The translations under genes were made by a program, and so were the position numbers. 64,000 nucleotides of DNA, taken from Bacteroidota bacterium. Its GTDB lineage: Bacteria; Bacteroidota; Ignavibacteria; Kapaibacteriales; UBA2268. The DNA is taken from positions 5,209-69,208 of the forward strand of contig JAKAKE010000181.1 of assembly GCA_021824625.1 (NCBI GenBank), written 5' to 3'. The stretch's first letter is position 1, and every line of letters starts with the position of its first letter. The notes beneath the pieces are model-generated. The model made no database searches, had not been told where the DNA came from, and worked only from the letters and a program-made list of their open reading frames with translations. This document shows, one piece after another, positions 29,301-38,365 of the stretch.

Positions 29301-31793
29301 GTCGAGATTACTGTTCCAGTAAAAAATGTGTTTATGCCTAATGTGTATGTATCGGCAACTTTGTTTAAAAAACATACAGTTAATAACAGCACACCGTTTT
29401 TAGTAGGCCATGGCTATGCATCAATGAAAGTTGAAAAAAATTCAAATAAATTACAGGTGAAAATATTTGCACCTGAAAAAATAAAGCCTAATACAAGCCA
29501 AACTATAACTGTGAAAACAGCTCCCGAAAGAAATATCTTTGTTACACTTGCCGCAGTTGATGAGGGTATCTTGCAAGTAAAGAATTTCAAGACGCCAGAC
29601 CCTTATGGATATATGTACGCTAAGCGTGGATTGAAAGTTGAAAGCTATGATTTGTATAAATTGTTACTTCCTGAAATTGTCGGCAACTCTTCATCAGGCG
29701 GTGGTGATGAAGAAATGTTTGCTGAGATGCTGAAGAAAAGAACAAATCCGATAACAACCAAGAGGTTCAAGTTGTTTGCATTCTGGAGTGGAATTGTAAA
29801 AACCAATGGAAGAGGTGAAGTTAAGATACCAATAAATTTCCCGCAGTTTAACGGTGAAGTCAGATTGATGGCTGTTGCTTATACAGAAGCGAGATTCGGC
29901 TCAGCAGAAAAACCGATGAAAGTAGCTGATGACCTAATCATCGAACCTGAAATACCAAGATTCCTCGCACAGGATGATTCTCTTGTCATGCCAGTTACAT
30001 TGATAAATACTACTTCATCGAAGGGCAAGACAAATGTTAATATTAAAGTAGATGGTCCTATGAAAATTCTATCACGAACATCGCAATATGCTGAGATCGA
30101 GCCAAATGCAACAAGGCAGGTGGTATTTGTTCTGAAATCTTACTCTTCGGTAGGTAATGCAAAAATTACTATTGAAACATCCGGGATGGCTAAAGTTAAG
30201 GAAGAAATTGATATTGCAGTACGTCCAGTTTCTCCTTATTTAACTTACACAGGTGCGGGAACAATAAAAGGTGGTGCTTCTCAGAATTTCAATATACCCG
30301 GTGGATTCTTGTACGGAACACAACATTCAACCTTAACGATTAGTAAATTTCCTGCTATCAAATTTGCTAAACAATTAAAATATCTTGTAAGCTATCCATA
30401 CGGATGTATTGAACAAACTGTATCGAAACTGTTTCCTCAGATATATTTTGCGGAGCTGTCACAACTTGTTGCTCCGGAATTTTATAAGACATATAATCCG
30501 GTATATTATGTGAAAGAAGGAATAAGAAAAGTAGAATCAATGCAGTTATATGACGGTTCCATGGCATACTGGCAGGGAGGAACTTATCCAAGCTGGTGGG
30601 GGAGTGTCTATGCGGCTCATTTCCTCCTCGAAGCAAGAAAAGCCGGATTTGAAGTGAAAGAGGATGTACTGAAAAATCTTTTGTACTATTTATCAAAGAA
30701 AGCAAGAGAAAGAAGCACTTATGAATATTACAGGTACGATGGAAACAGGACTACCATTACAAAGATTGCCAATAAAGAAATACTTTACTCTTTATATGTT
30801 CTTGCTCTTGCGGGAAAGGGTGATATATCCACAATGAATTATTATAAATCAAGGCTTAATCTTGTTTCTGCCGATTCTAAATACTTATTGGCCGGTGCTT
30901 ATGCTATGATGGGAAAATGGAGCAGTTACAACGAATTAATTCCAAAAAATTATCAACCGGAAATTACTTACAGAGAAACAGGAGGATGTTTCGATTCGGA
31001 AATCAGGGCTAATGCTCTGATGCTTGAAATCCTGCTCGAGGTTGAAACGAACAATGTTCAGATACCTTACATAGTGAAATATCTCGTTCAAAAAATTGAT
31101 AATGTATATTCAACTCAGGAAAATGCATTTGTATTCATGGCTTTGGGCAAAGCGGCTTACTCAAAGGCAAAGAATAATGTCAAGGTTGAAGTCTTTGTCG
31201 GCAAAAAGAATATAGGAAATTATTCAGGTAAGGATTTGAATTTGACCGATGATGTTATGAACGGAGCAAATGTATATCTAAAGGGAACAGGCAATGGCGA
31301 TGTATTTTATTTCTGGTCCACAGAAGGTATTAGAGTTAATGAAAGTGTCAAAGAAGAAGATATGTTTATGAGAGTGAGAAGAACATATTATGATTACAGG
31401 ACAAAAGCTGAAATAACGAATAATCAGTTTTATCAGGGACAATTGGTAATAGGTAAAATTTCATTGACCGGATTAGAAAGGTCAGCCGAAAATATTGTCA
31501 TCACTGATATGCTGCCTTCAGGTTTTGAAATTGAAAACCCGAGATTGAATGTATCATCTGATCTGACATGGCAAATCAAAAATCCGATTAATGTTGAATA
31601 CATGGATGTTCGAGATGATAGATTATTATTGTTTACTAAACTTTGGACAGGAGCAACAAAAGAATTTACATATTTAATAAGAGTTGTCAATCAGGGTAAA
31701 TTCAGGAAGCCGGTTATTGGTGCTGAGGCTATGTATAATCCTGAATATCATTCTTACAATGGTGCCGGGATAATATCTGTCGTTAGAAAATGA
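26385..31793 (+). CDS. Bacterial alpha-2-macroglobulin (YfhM-like lipoprotein)
   Basis: Lipobox FISC; SDRNIYRPGE; AAVDEGIL; thioester YPYGCIEQ; DMLPSGFEIENP; DVRDDR; AEAMYNP. Confidence 0.96.
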   Translation: MKKIFVFVGCILTAIIFISCGLRNAVEVVSFNPSGSVGTLTTFTIEFSKELAPVDTQDKWLTEEFVKFEPKIPGKFKWTSASTLIFSPDVQLEPIQEYSAEITKKVLFDKDLSLDAETIEFKTHDFDITKVDLFWTHIPNQYYKVSVQANLHFNYPVNPDMLKQNLLVEHDGKPVTNYQIVTKEKSDLIAVNFGEIQQTDKEQVFKITVKKGLMSVFGKSGLYDDRTFSNKLEPITKLAITGVASGFDGATGWIEVSTTQMVDEKRLKEYVKTEPWKDLSFFVSDNSFRIEANLENVQDVMLKIRKGLPGLYGGELEFDFEQQVSFVNLEPSINFADKKGKYLMLGGNKNLQVNFVNIDEADIEVSQVFKNNLLWFLNQNSYDYYDYEEDYGYNSDIWTGDYGKTLYEEKINLLNNKNWLEKKYINLNRITGQKYKGIYVVNVRSSQDRWIADAKMIAITDLGIISKKSGNEIIVFVNSIAKAEPVEGVEISVISSNNQTLLNGKTDKEGTIRFTDVRKKIEGFTPRLIVAETANDFNYIDLKETFIETSRFDVGGVFEFLEDVNTFIYSDRNIYRPGENVFLSAIVRNDKMEVLKDIPVFLKIITPTGKTFTEMKKLLNDEGSFEASFRTPEYVQTGEYRAEVYTGSNQLIGTYKFSVEDFVPDKIRLMLKSDKDFAFPGDQIGVSIDAEFLFGAKASGLKYESHINLRHRPFVSKRFSEYDFNNSSRTNPIYEEVNMDGFLDGNGKGRVDYVVPHDIKGSGIVTCYTYVNVFDLTGRTVNRAATTDIYPKDYFIGFKSSGYYFGTNDRLNFKTAAVDHSDKPIKGFNAAVKLVRFDWQTILKKDNNDRYFYASEEKEIVEWQKNMSLNGGTKDISFTVSKSGRYELRISKEGEDEYQKKSFYAYGWVNTTASSFQVDKEGRVDIVFDKSQYEPGNKAKILFNCPFAGKLLVSFERNGVYDYQYIEMESKSVEITVPVKNVFMPNVYVSATLFKKHTVNNSTPFLVGHGYASMKVEKNSNKLQVKIFAPEKIKPNTSQTITVKTAPERNIFVTLAAVDEGILQVKNFKTPDPYGYMYAKRGLKVESYDLYKLLLPEIVGNSSSGGGDEEMFAEMLKKRTNPITTKRFKLFAFWSGIVKTNGRGEVKIPINFPQFNGEVRLMAVAYTEARFGSAEKPMKVADDLIIEPEIPRFLAQDDSLVMPVTLINTTSSKGKTNVNIKVDGPMKILSRTSQYAEIEPNATRQVVFVLKSYSSVGNAKITIETSGMAKVKEEIDIAVRPVSPYLTYTGAGTIKGGASQNFNIPGGFLYGTQHSTLTISKFPAIKFAKQLKYLVSYPYGCIEQTVSKLFPQIYFAELSQLVAPEFYKTYNPVYYVKEGIRKVESMQLYDGSMAYWQGGTYPSWWGSVYAAHFLLEARKAGFEVKEDVLKNLLYYLSKKARERSTYEYYRYDGNRTTITKIANKEILYSLYVLALAGKGDISTMNYYKSRLNLVSADSKYLLAGAYAMMGKWSSYNELIPKNYQPEITYRETGGCFDSEIRANALMLEILLEVETNNVQIPYIVKYLVQKIDNVYSTQENAFVFMALGKAAYSKAKNNVKVEVFVGKKNIGNYSGKDLNLTDDVMNGANVYLKGTGNGDVFYFWSTEGIRVNESVKEEDMFMRVRRTYYDYRTKAEITNNQFYQGQLVIGKISLTGLERSAENIVITDMLPSGFEIENPRLNVSSDLTWQIKNPINVEYMDVRDDRLLLFTKLWTGATKEFTYLIRVVNQGKFRKPVIGAEAMYNPEYHSYNGAGIISVVRK

Positions 31794-31850
31794 TGAATTC
31801 TGAATTTTGAATGTAAATAACAATTTAACATTGAAAAATGTGAGGATTTT

Positions 31851-32315
31851 ATGTCTGAAATTAAGCCGAACAAAAGTCGAAAAATTATTCGGATTGTGAT
31901 TTATTCACTGATTTTTGTTTTTGTTTTAATCCAGTTCATTCCGGTTAACAGGACAAACCCACCTGTGAAAAGCGAGCCAAAATGGGATTCAGATAAGACA
32001 AAGCAATATGCAATCAGAGCTTGTTATGACTGTCACAGCAGCAAAACAAAATGGCCTCTTTATTCACACATTGCTCCATTATCATGGCTCATAATAAGTC
32101 ATGTTGAAGAAGGTCGGGAGGAATTGAATTTTTCGGAATTTAAATTAGGAGACGGAAAAGAAGCCGCTGAAGTTGTTGAGCATGACATCATGCCACTTAA
32201 CAGTTATGTAATTCTTCATCCCGATGCCAAACTTACTTATAAAGAGAAGGTAGAGTTTGTCAAAGGGCTTGTTGCTACATTTGGCAGGAAGGTAAAGAAG
32301 GGTGATGAGGATTAA
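31851..32315 (+). CDS. Heme-binding domain protein (c-type cytochrome, Haem_bd)
   Basis: IQFIPVNRTNPP, ACYDCHS, WPLYS.IAP.SW, GREELNFS, MPLNSY..LHP.AKL. Confidence 0.9.
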   Translation: MSEIKPNKSRKIIRIVIYSLIFVFVLIQFIPVNRTNPPVKSEPKWDSDKTKQYAIRACYDCHSSKTKWPLYSHIAPLSWLIISHVEEGREELNFSEFKLGDGKEAAEVVEHDIMPLNSYVILHPDAKLTYKEKVEFVKGLVATFGRKVKKGDED

Positions 32316-32489
32316 AGCAACTGTCTTTATTAGGATTTGTAGGATTAAAGGATGATAGGATATCTATGAAATATGAGGAATTGACACATAAAATAGGATG
32401 AGGATTAAAGCAACTGTCTTTATTAGGATTTGTAGGATTAAAGGATGATAGGATTTGAATGAAATATGAGGAATTGACTCATAAGATTA
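32304..32489 (+). repeat. 93-bp tandem duplication spanning the cytochrome 3' end, the repeat and the GxxExxY start
   Basis: Copies 32304-32396 and 32397-32489; first 58 bp identical; ATGs at 32366 and 32459. Confidence 0.92.
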
Positions 32490-33040
32490 TCGGATGTGCA
32501 ATGAAAGTTCATTCTTCTCTTGGTAATGGATTTCAGGAAGTTATATATCAGAGAGCTTTAGCATTAGAATTTGAAAAACAAGAACTGAGTTACATGAGAG
32601 AAATGGAGATGCCGATTTATTATGATGATACTAATATTGGTACTCGTAGAGTTGATTTTTTCGTTGAAGATTTGATAATGGTTGAACTTAAAGCTGTAAT
32701 AAAATTAGATGACATGCATTTAAATCAAGCAATGAATTATTGTCAGGCATATAATCTTCCAATCGGTCTTCTGATTAATTTCGGAAGCAATAGCCTTGAG
32801 TTCAAAAGAGTATATAACGTTAATCATCCTTTGAATAAAGATTACAAAAAAAATAAACCAAAATTAGTCTGAATTAGGATTTGTTGGATTATTGGATGAT
32901 AGGATAAAATAAAAATGAGAAAAAATCAACATCATATTAAATTGATATGATAATTTATTAAAGATAATTTATTTGGTAAATGTATTATGAATTATAAATA
33001 ATCCTATAATCGTAAAATCCTACAAATCCTAATAAAGACA
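32415..33040 (+). mobile_element. Putative GxxExxY mobile cassette bounded by 40-bp inverted repeats
   Basis: 32415-32454 vs reverse complement of 33001-33040 match 36/40 (outer 25 bp perfect); internal direct copy 32866-32905 matches 34/40. Confidence 0.65.
32459..32872 (+). CDS. GxxExxY protein (PD-(D/E)XK nuclease fold)
   Basis: VHSSLGNGFQEVIYQRAL, RVDFFVEDLIMVELKA, GLLINFG. Confidence 0.95.
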   Translation: MKYEELTHKIIGCAMKVHSSLGNGFQEVIYQRALALEFEKQELSYMREMEMPIYYDDTNIGTRRVDFFVEDLIMVELKAVIKLDDMHLNQAMNYCQAYNLPIGLLINFGSNSLEFKRVYNVNHPLNKDYKKNKPKLV

Positions 33041-33045
33041 ATGGT

Positions 33046-35358
33046 GTGATTTTGATTTATAAAAAATACTCAAAGGAAATCAAACCTGCTTTGTTCAGCA
33101 CGGCAGGTTTGTTATTTATTTTCATTTTAATCGAAATAATTTTTCCTCTGCCGAAATTAAAACCTTTTTCAAAAGTAATTATGGCTTCCGATGGAACTGT
33201 ATTGTCAGCTTATCTTACGAGGGATGATAAATGGAGGTTGCGTTGCAGCCTTGATGAAGTTTCTTCTGACCTGACAAAAGCAATTATCGAGAAAGAAGAC
33301 AAATGGTTTTACTGGCATCCGGGCATCAATCCTGTTTCTATTGTGAGAGCTTTTACAACCAATATAATTAGAGGTAAAAGGGTGTCAGGGGCTTCGACAA
33401 TTACAATGCAGCTTGCCAGAATGTTTACTCCTTCAAATAGAACTTACTTTAATAAAATAATCGAAATATTCAGAGCTTTTCAAATCGAATTGCACTATTC
33501 AAAGAAAACAATTTTGGAGATGTATCTTAATTCTCTTCCTTACGGAGGGAATATTGAAGGTGTAAAATCTGCTTCATATATTTATTTCAATCGTCCTCCT
33601 GGAAAATTGAGTCTTGCTCAATCAATTTTGCTGACAGTAATTCCAAATGACCCGAATTTATACAGAATTGACAAATCAGTTTCATTTGCAAAATCAAAAA
33701 GGAATTATTGGATTAGACAATTTATGAGGGATAATGTTTTTCCTGTAAATTCATTGCATGACGCTTTATATGAGCCGATTGAAACTGCTCGATATAATAT
33801 ACCTTCTACTGCTCCTCATTTTTGTTATTACATAATGTCAAATTTCAATGGCGATAATATTCAAACTACATTAGAACTTGACAAACAGAAAAAAGCCGAA
33901 TCAATATTGTTGAATTATGTTGAAAGAAACAAACCGAAAGGAATATCCAACGGTGCTGTAATTATAATTGATAATAATAATTCTAATGTAGTTGCCTATT
34001 GCGGTTCCTCGGATTTCTACAATCAATCGGCATCAGGCCAGGTAAATGGAATCAGGGCTGTCAGGTCGCCCGGTTCAACACTCAAAGCGGGTTTGTATGC
34101 TTATGCATTTGACCTTGGAATATTAACACCAAAAATGAAATTGCTCGATGTTCCGACAGATTTCAGCGGATATGAACCTGAAAATTATTCGGAAAAATTC
34201 CATGGTGAAGTTACGGCAGAATTTGCTTTGATGAATTCATTGAATGTTCCTGCTGTAAGGCTTCTCGAAAAAGTAGGATTAAGCCAATTTTTATTATTAC
34301 TCGAAAAAGCCGGATTCAGAGATATTATTAAACAAAAAGAAAAACTTGGTTTGTCATTGATTCTTGGCGGATGCGGTGTCAGGATGGAACAACTTGCCGC
34401 TATGTATTCTGCTTATGCAAGGGAAGGCAAACTCTATCCTTTGAATTATATTAATAGAGAAGATAAAAGAAATTATGTACAAATTTTCTCACCGGGTGCT
34501 GTTTATATTGTTTCTCAAATATTATCAAACATCAAAAGGCCTGATTTCCCAAATGAACTTCTAAACAGAACCCGACTGCCCAAAATTGCATGGAAAACCG
34601 GGACATCTTATGGAAAGAAAGATGCATGGGCAGTTGGTTATAATCCCGATTATACAATTGCTGTGTGGATGGGTAATTTCGATGGCAAAGGTTCGCCGCA
34701 TTTATCCGGTTCGGAAATGGCTGTTCCTCTATTGTTTGATTTATTCAATGCTATTGATTACAATCCAAAAAAGAAATGGTTTAAGATGCCATCAGATGTT
34801 GGATATAGAGAAGTTTGTGTGGAAACCGGAAATATTCCATCAAAAAATTGCGGGCAAATAACATCTGATTATTACTTAAAAAATATTTCAACAAATGATA
34901 TATGTAGTTTGTATAAGGAATTTTATGTCAGCATTGATGAATCAGTACAATACTGTACCGAATGTCTTCCTGACGGAGGATATAAGAAAATCATGTATCC
35001 CGTTTATGACCCTGAGATTGTTTTGTGGAATTCATTAAATAATATTGTGTATAAAAAAATACCGCCTCATAATCCGGATTGCCAGGCAAAATTTTCAACC
35101 AAAGGGCCGAAAATAATTTCGCCCTCAGATAATTTTGAATATTTTATCGAAGATAAATCAGAACAGCAGATACTACTTCAAGCCGCAGGGGGAGAGGATG
35201 TACAAGTATTATACTGGTATATAAATGACAAATTCTTTGTAAAATCCAGACCTGAAGAAAAGCAATTCTTCATAGCAGAAAAAGGAAAAACTAAAATTAC
35301 ATGTCTTGACGATAAGGGAAGAAGCAGTACTGTTTTTATTGATGTAAAGATTTATTAA
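33046..35358 (+). CDS. pbpC: Penicillin-binding protein 1C
   Basis: EDKWFYWHPG, GASTITMQLAR, RSPGSTLK, SLN, KTGTS; downstream of alpha-2-macroglobulin. Confidence 0.95.
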   Translation: MILIYKKYSKEIKPALFSTAGLLFIFILIEIIFPLPKLKPFSKVIMASDGTVLSAYLTRDDKWRLRCSLDEVSSDLTKAIIEKEDKWFYWHPGINPVSIVRAFTTNIIRGKRVSGASTITMQLARMFTPSNRTYFNKIIEIFRAFQIELHYSKKTILEMYLNSLPYGGNIEGVKSASYIYFNRPPGKLSLAQSILLTVIPNDPNLYRIDKSVSFAKSKRNYWIRQFMRDNVFPVNSLHDALYEPIETARYNIPSTAPHFCYYIMSNFNGDNIQTTLELDKQKKAESILLNYVERNKPKGISNGAVIIIDNNNSNVVAYCGSSDFYNQSASGQVNGIRAVRSPGSTLKAGLYAYAFDLGILTPKMKLLDVPTDFSGYEPENYSEKFHGEVTAEFALMNSLNVPAVRLLEKVGLSQFLLLLEKAGFRDIIKQKEKLGLSLILGGCGVRMEQLAAMYSAYAREGKLYPLNYINREDKRNYVQIFSPGAVYIVSQILSNIKRPDFPNELLNRTRLPKIAWKTGTSYGKKDAWAVGYNPDYTIAVWMGNFDGKGSPHLSGSEMAVPLLFDLFNAIDYNPKKKWFKMPSDVGYREVCVETGNIPSKNCGQITSDYYLKNISTNDICSLYKEFYVSIDESVQYCTECLPDGGYKKIMYPVYDPEIVLWNSLNNIVYKKIPPHNPDCQAKFSTKGPKIISPSDNFEYFIEDKSEQQILLQAAGGEDVQVLYWYINDKFFVKSRPEEKQFFIAEKGKTKITCLDDKGRSSTVFIDVKIY

Positions 35359-35360
35359 TT

Positions 35361-35714
35361 TTATTTTGATTCAAAATTTAATGCCAGCCATATAGTAGGC
35401 TCATTCTTATTAACTTCCTTAACTTTATGTTTCAGGTGTGAAGGTATAAATAAATAATCTCCCGGTAATAATTTTATTAATTCATCATTCTCGAATTGAA
35501 GTGCAGCAGAACCTTTCAATAGAATTACCCATTCATCCTTATTTTGGTCATACCATTTATCACCGGGAATTGAATTAGGATATGATATTATCCTTTCTAA
35601 TTTCAGATTTTCATTTTTGAGCAAATCTTCAAAGATTTCCTTATTCGATTCTGTTATGTTAGTCGAAGCATCTTTTGATTTTATATCTTCAAATATATTT
35701 TTTTTTACCAACAT
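35361..35714 (-). CDS. Cupin domain protein
   Basis: ERIIS, WYDQNKDEWVILLKGSA, PGDYLFIPSHLKHKV, TIWLA. Confidence 0.88.
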   Translation of the reverse strand: MLVKKNIFEDIKSKDASTNITESNKEIFEDLLKNENLKLERIISYPNSIPGDKWYDQNKDEWVILLKGSAALQFENDELIKLLPGDYLFIPSHLKHKVKEVNKNEPTIWLALNFESK

Positions 35715-35720
35715 CTTATT

Positions 35721-36758
35721 CTAAAAAAGTGAATCCGGTGTATTATGAATTTCATCAAATCCGAGGTGCTTATATGCCAATGGAGTTGCCACTCTGCCTT
35801 TGGGTGTTCGCTGTATGAATCCCTGTTGAATGAGGAAAGGTTCATAAACTTCTTCTATTGTTCCAGCTTCCTCAGAAATTGCCGCCGATATTGTATTCAA
35901 TCCCACAGGGCCTCCGCCAAATTTTTCGATGATTGTAATCAAAATTCTCTTATCCATTTCATCCAAACCGTACCCGTCAATATCGAGTGCTTCAATTGCT
36001 ATCTTTGCAATTTCAGTATTTATTTTACCATCGCCTTTGACTTGTGCAAAATCTCTTGTTCTGCGTAAAAGGCGGTTTGCTATTCTTGGAGTGCCTCGTG
36101 AACGGGAAGCGATTTCATAAGCACCTTTTTCATCTATCGGAACATTTAATATTTGGGCAGAACGTTTAACGACATGAATTAAATCTTCAGTCGGATAATA
36201 ATCGAGCCTGTTGAAGACTCCGAACCTCGACCTGAGTGGTGCAGTTAATAATCCTGCACGTGTAGTGGCTCCAATTAGAGTGAATTTTGGCAATGTCAGC
36301 TGAATCGTTTTTGCAGATGGGCCCGAATCAATCATAATATCAATCCTATACTCTTCCATTGCTGAGTATAGATATTCCTCAATAACAGAGGAGAGTCTGT
36401 GTATTTCATCAATAAACAAAACATCACCCTCCTGAAGATTAGTCAATATACCCGCAAGGTCACCTGGTTTTTCAAGAACTGGGCCCGAAGTTATTTTTAT
36501 ATTAGCATCCATTTCTTTCGATATAATATAACTGAGAGTTGTCTTGCCGAGCCCGGGGGGCCCTGTCAGAAGAATATGGTCGAGTGGCTCATGTCTTTGC
36601 TGTGCCGCTTTGATAAATACTTTAAGATTATCAACAATTTTTCTTTGCCCGGTAAATTCGCTGAAAGTCTTGGGCCTGAGAGTTTTTTCAATCTCGTCGT
36701 CAGGCATGAATTCAGGGTTAGTCAGAGATATAGTATATGTATCGGTTTCTTTTTCCAT
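35721..36758 (-). CDS. ruvB: Holliday junction branch migration helicase RuvB
   Basis: [41 protein letters not shown]. Confidence 0.98.
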   Translation of the reverse strand: MEKETDTYTISLTNPEFMPDDEIEKTLRPKTFSEFTGQRKIVDNLKVFIKAAQQRHEPLDHILLTGPPGLGKTTLSYIISKEMDANIKITSGPVLEKPGDLAGILTNLQEGDVLFIDEIHRLSSVIEEYLYSAMEEYRIDIMIDSGPSAKTIQLTLPKFTLIGATTRAGLLTAPLRSRFGVFNRLDYYPTEDLIHVVKRSAQILNVPIDEKGAYEIASRSRGTPRIANRLLRRTRDFAQVKGDGKINTEIAKIAIEALDIDGYGLDEMDKRILITIIEKFGGGPVGLNTISAAISEEAGTIEEVYEPFLIQQGFIQRTPKGRVATPLAYKHLGFDEIHNTPDSLF

Positions 36759-36773
36759 ACTGCAATTTAAGTA

Positions 36774-37802
36774 TTAATTCTGTTTTATATTCTGAATATT
36801 GTCAATCTTTTTTCTGTTGGCATCATTTGAGAGTTTAACAGGGCATGATGTTTTACCGTCGTGTACGCAATCCCCGGGGCATGGAGTAACATACAGTCGT
36901 GGAATTGCAGTGGGATATTTTTTTACAAGTGAATTATGAATATCCTTTTCTAATTGGTAAGCTTCTTCGAGTGTGAAGTCCCAGGGCATGATTACATCAA
37001 TTTCTATGAAAATGTCTTTGCCGGACTGTCTTGTATGTACTTTTTTAAATTCACAAAAACGGTTGATGTTTTCTGCAATTACAGAAATAATATCAAACTG
37101 AATGTTTTCAGGCAAAGTATGGTCGAGCAGTTGATTGATTGCCCCCCTGCCATGAGTAATCTGCACTTTGAGCGAATATGATAATAATAAAACTGCTGTT
37201 AATGAATCAATATATTTACCGAAAATTTTATAATGGAAGTAGCTGACTACAGCACCTAAAGCCAGGTTTACTAATACACCCATTTCAATGAGACTGTCTG
37301 TTTTCCATATCTCAGCATCATATTCGAGTAGAGGCATTTGGAATTTTTTAGAGGATTTTCTTAAAAATGCCCCAGTTCTTCTCAAAATCATAAAACTTGC
37401 CAGAGAATAAATAATTAATATGGTATAGTTCTTAACCGGCACAGGACTGCCAAAGTCTTTCACTGCTTCAATTATTGTATAAATTAATAGCAATGTCAAC
37501 AGGGTAGAACCGGCAAGTATCGCCATACTTTCGTATTTGCCGTAACCATAATTGAAAACGTAATCAGGGGCTCTAATACTTTGTTTGATTGCAGAAAGAA
37601 ACAGAAGTGAAGTTAATATTTCGGTTGCGGCGATTAATCCGTTTGCCGTTACCGAAAGCGAGTTTTCCAGGATTCCGAAGAAAATCCCACCGGCTGCCAG
37701 CATACTACAGATAATTAATGAAATCCTCGATGGAAAAACTGCCGAAGACTTATCAAAATATTTCTTCATTCTTGTTGATAAATTGTCCCTGTAAACATCC
37801 AT
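36774..37802 (-). CDS. Cation diffusion facilitator family transporter (atypical metal sites)
   Basis: Six TM helices, PD..FNYGYGKYE motif, C-terminal dimerisation domain HTRQSG..IFIEIDV. Confidence 0.82.
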   Translation of the reverse strand: MDVYRDNLSTRMKKYFDKSSAVFPSRISLIICSMLAAGGIFFGILENSLSVTANGLIAATEILTSLLFLSAIKQSIRAPDYVFNYGYGKYESMAILAGSTLLTLLLIYTIIEAVKDFGSPVPVKNYTILIIYSLASFMILRRTGAFLRKSSKKFQMPLLEYDAEIWKTDSLIEMGVLVNLALGAVVSYFHYKIFGKYIDSLTAVLLLSYSLKVQITHGRGAINQLLDHTLPENIQFDIISVIAENINRFCEFKKVHTRQSGKDIFIEIDVIMPWDFTLEEAYQLEKDIHNSLVKKYPTAIPRLYVTPCPGDCVHDGKTSCPVKLSNDANRKKIDNIQNIKQN

Positions 37803-38365
37803 AATTTATTTTCTATGTTTGGATTTGAGTCAATATTAAATTTAACAAAATTATGAATATCAGATTTTTTATTGAAGGTAAATATCATATAAAATTTAAT
37901 ATTTAGGCTAAGTAATTGAAATATAAGAGCAAACAGCAAATGGAACGTTTTTTGATAAAAATAATTTAAAAAAAAGTGAAATTTTTCTGAGACCTTTTTG
38001 GGTTTCATGTGTCATTACAGTAAGGATAATTGTGTAAAATTAAAAAACATATATAACAATTGGGGGTGGAAAGTCTGAAAAACATTGATAGCACTGATTT
38101 TTGGGGAATTTGCCGTTTAATTATTTTTTGGAAGGAGGCAGTTGGCAATATTTTACAAACGCTTTTTTAAATTGTTGTACAGTAATTCTTAATAAAAAAT
38201 TTTATATTATATTTTAAAGTTAGAATATTTTAATTATTTTTGTTAATTGATTAATTTCACTTTATTATATAATGATGTTAAAAAAATAACAGGTTGCTTA
38301 GAAATAAATAAGAATAAAAAATAGTGTTTTCTATAATTTAAGTTTAATTATTTTAGGAGGTATGT

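Noticed and set aside
35658..35672. agtcgaagcat REP-like fragment inside the cupin gene N-terminus
   Set aside because: An 11-nt match is too short to separate from chance.
37766..38008. 80-aa minus-strand ORF upstream of the CDF gene
   Set aside because: Low-complexity AT-rich promoter DNA overlapping the CDF start.
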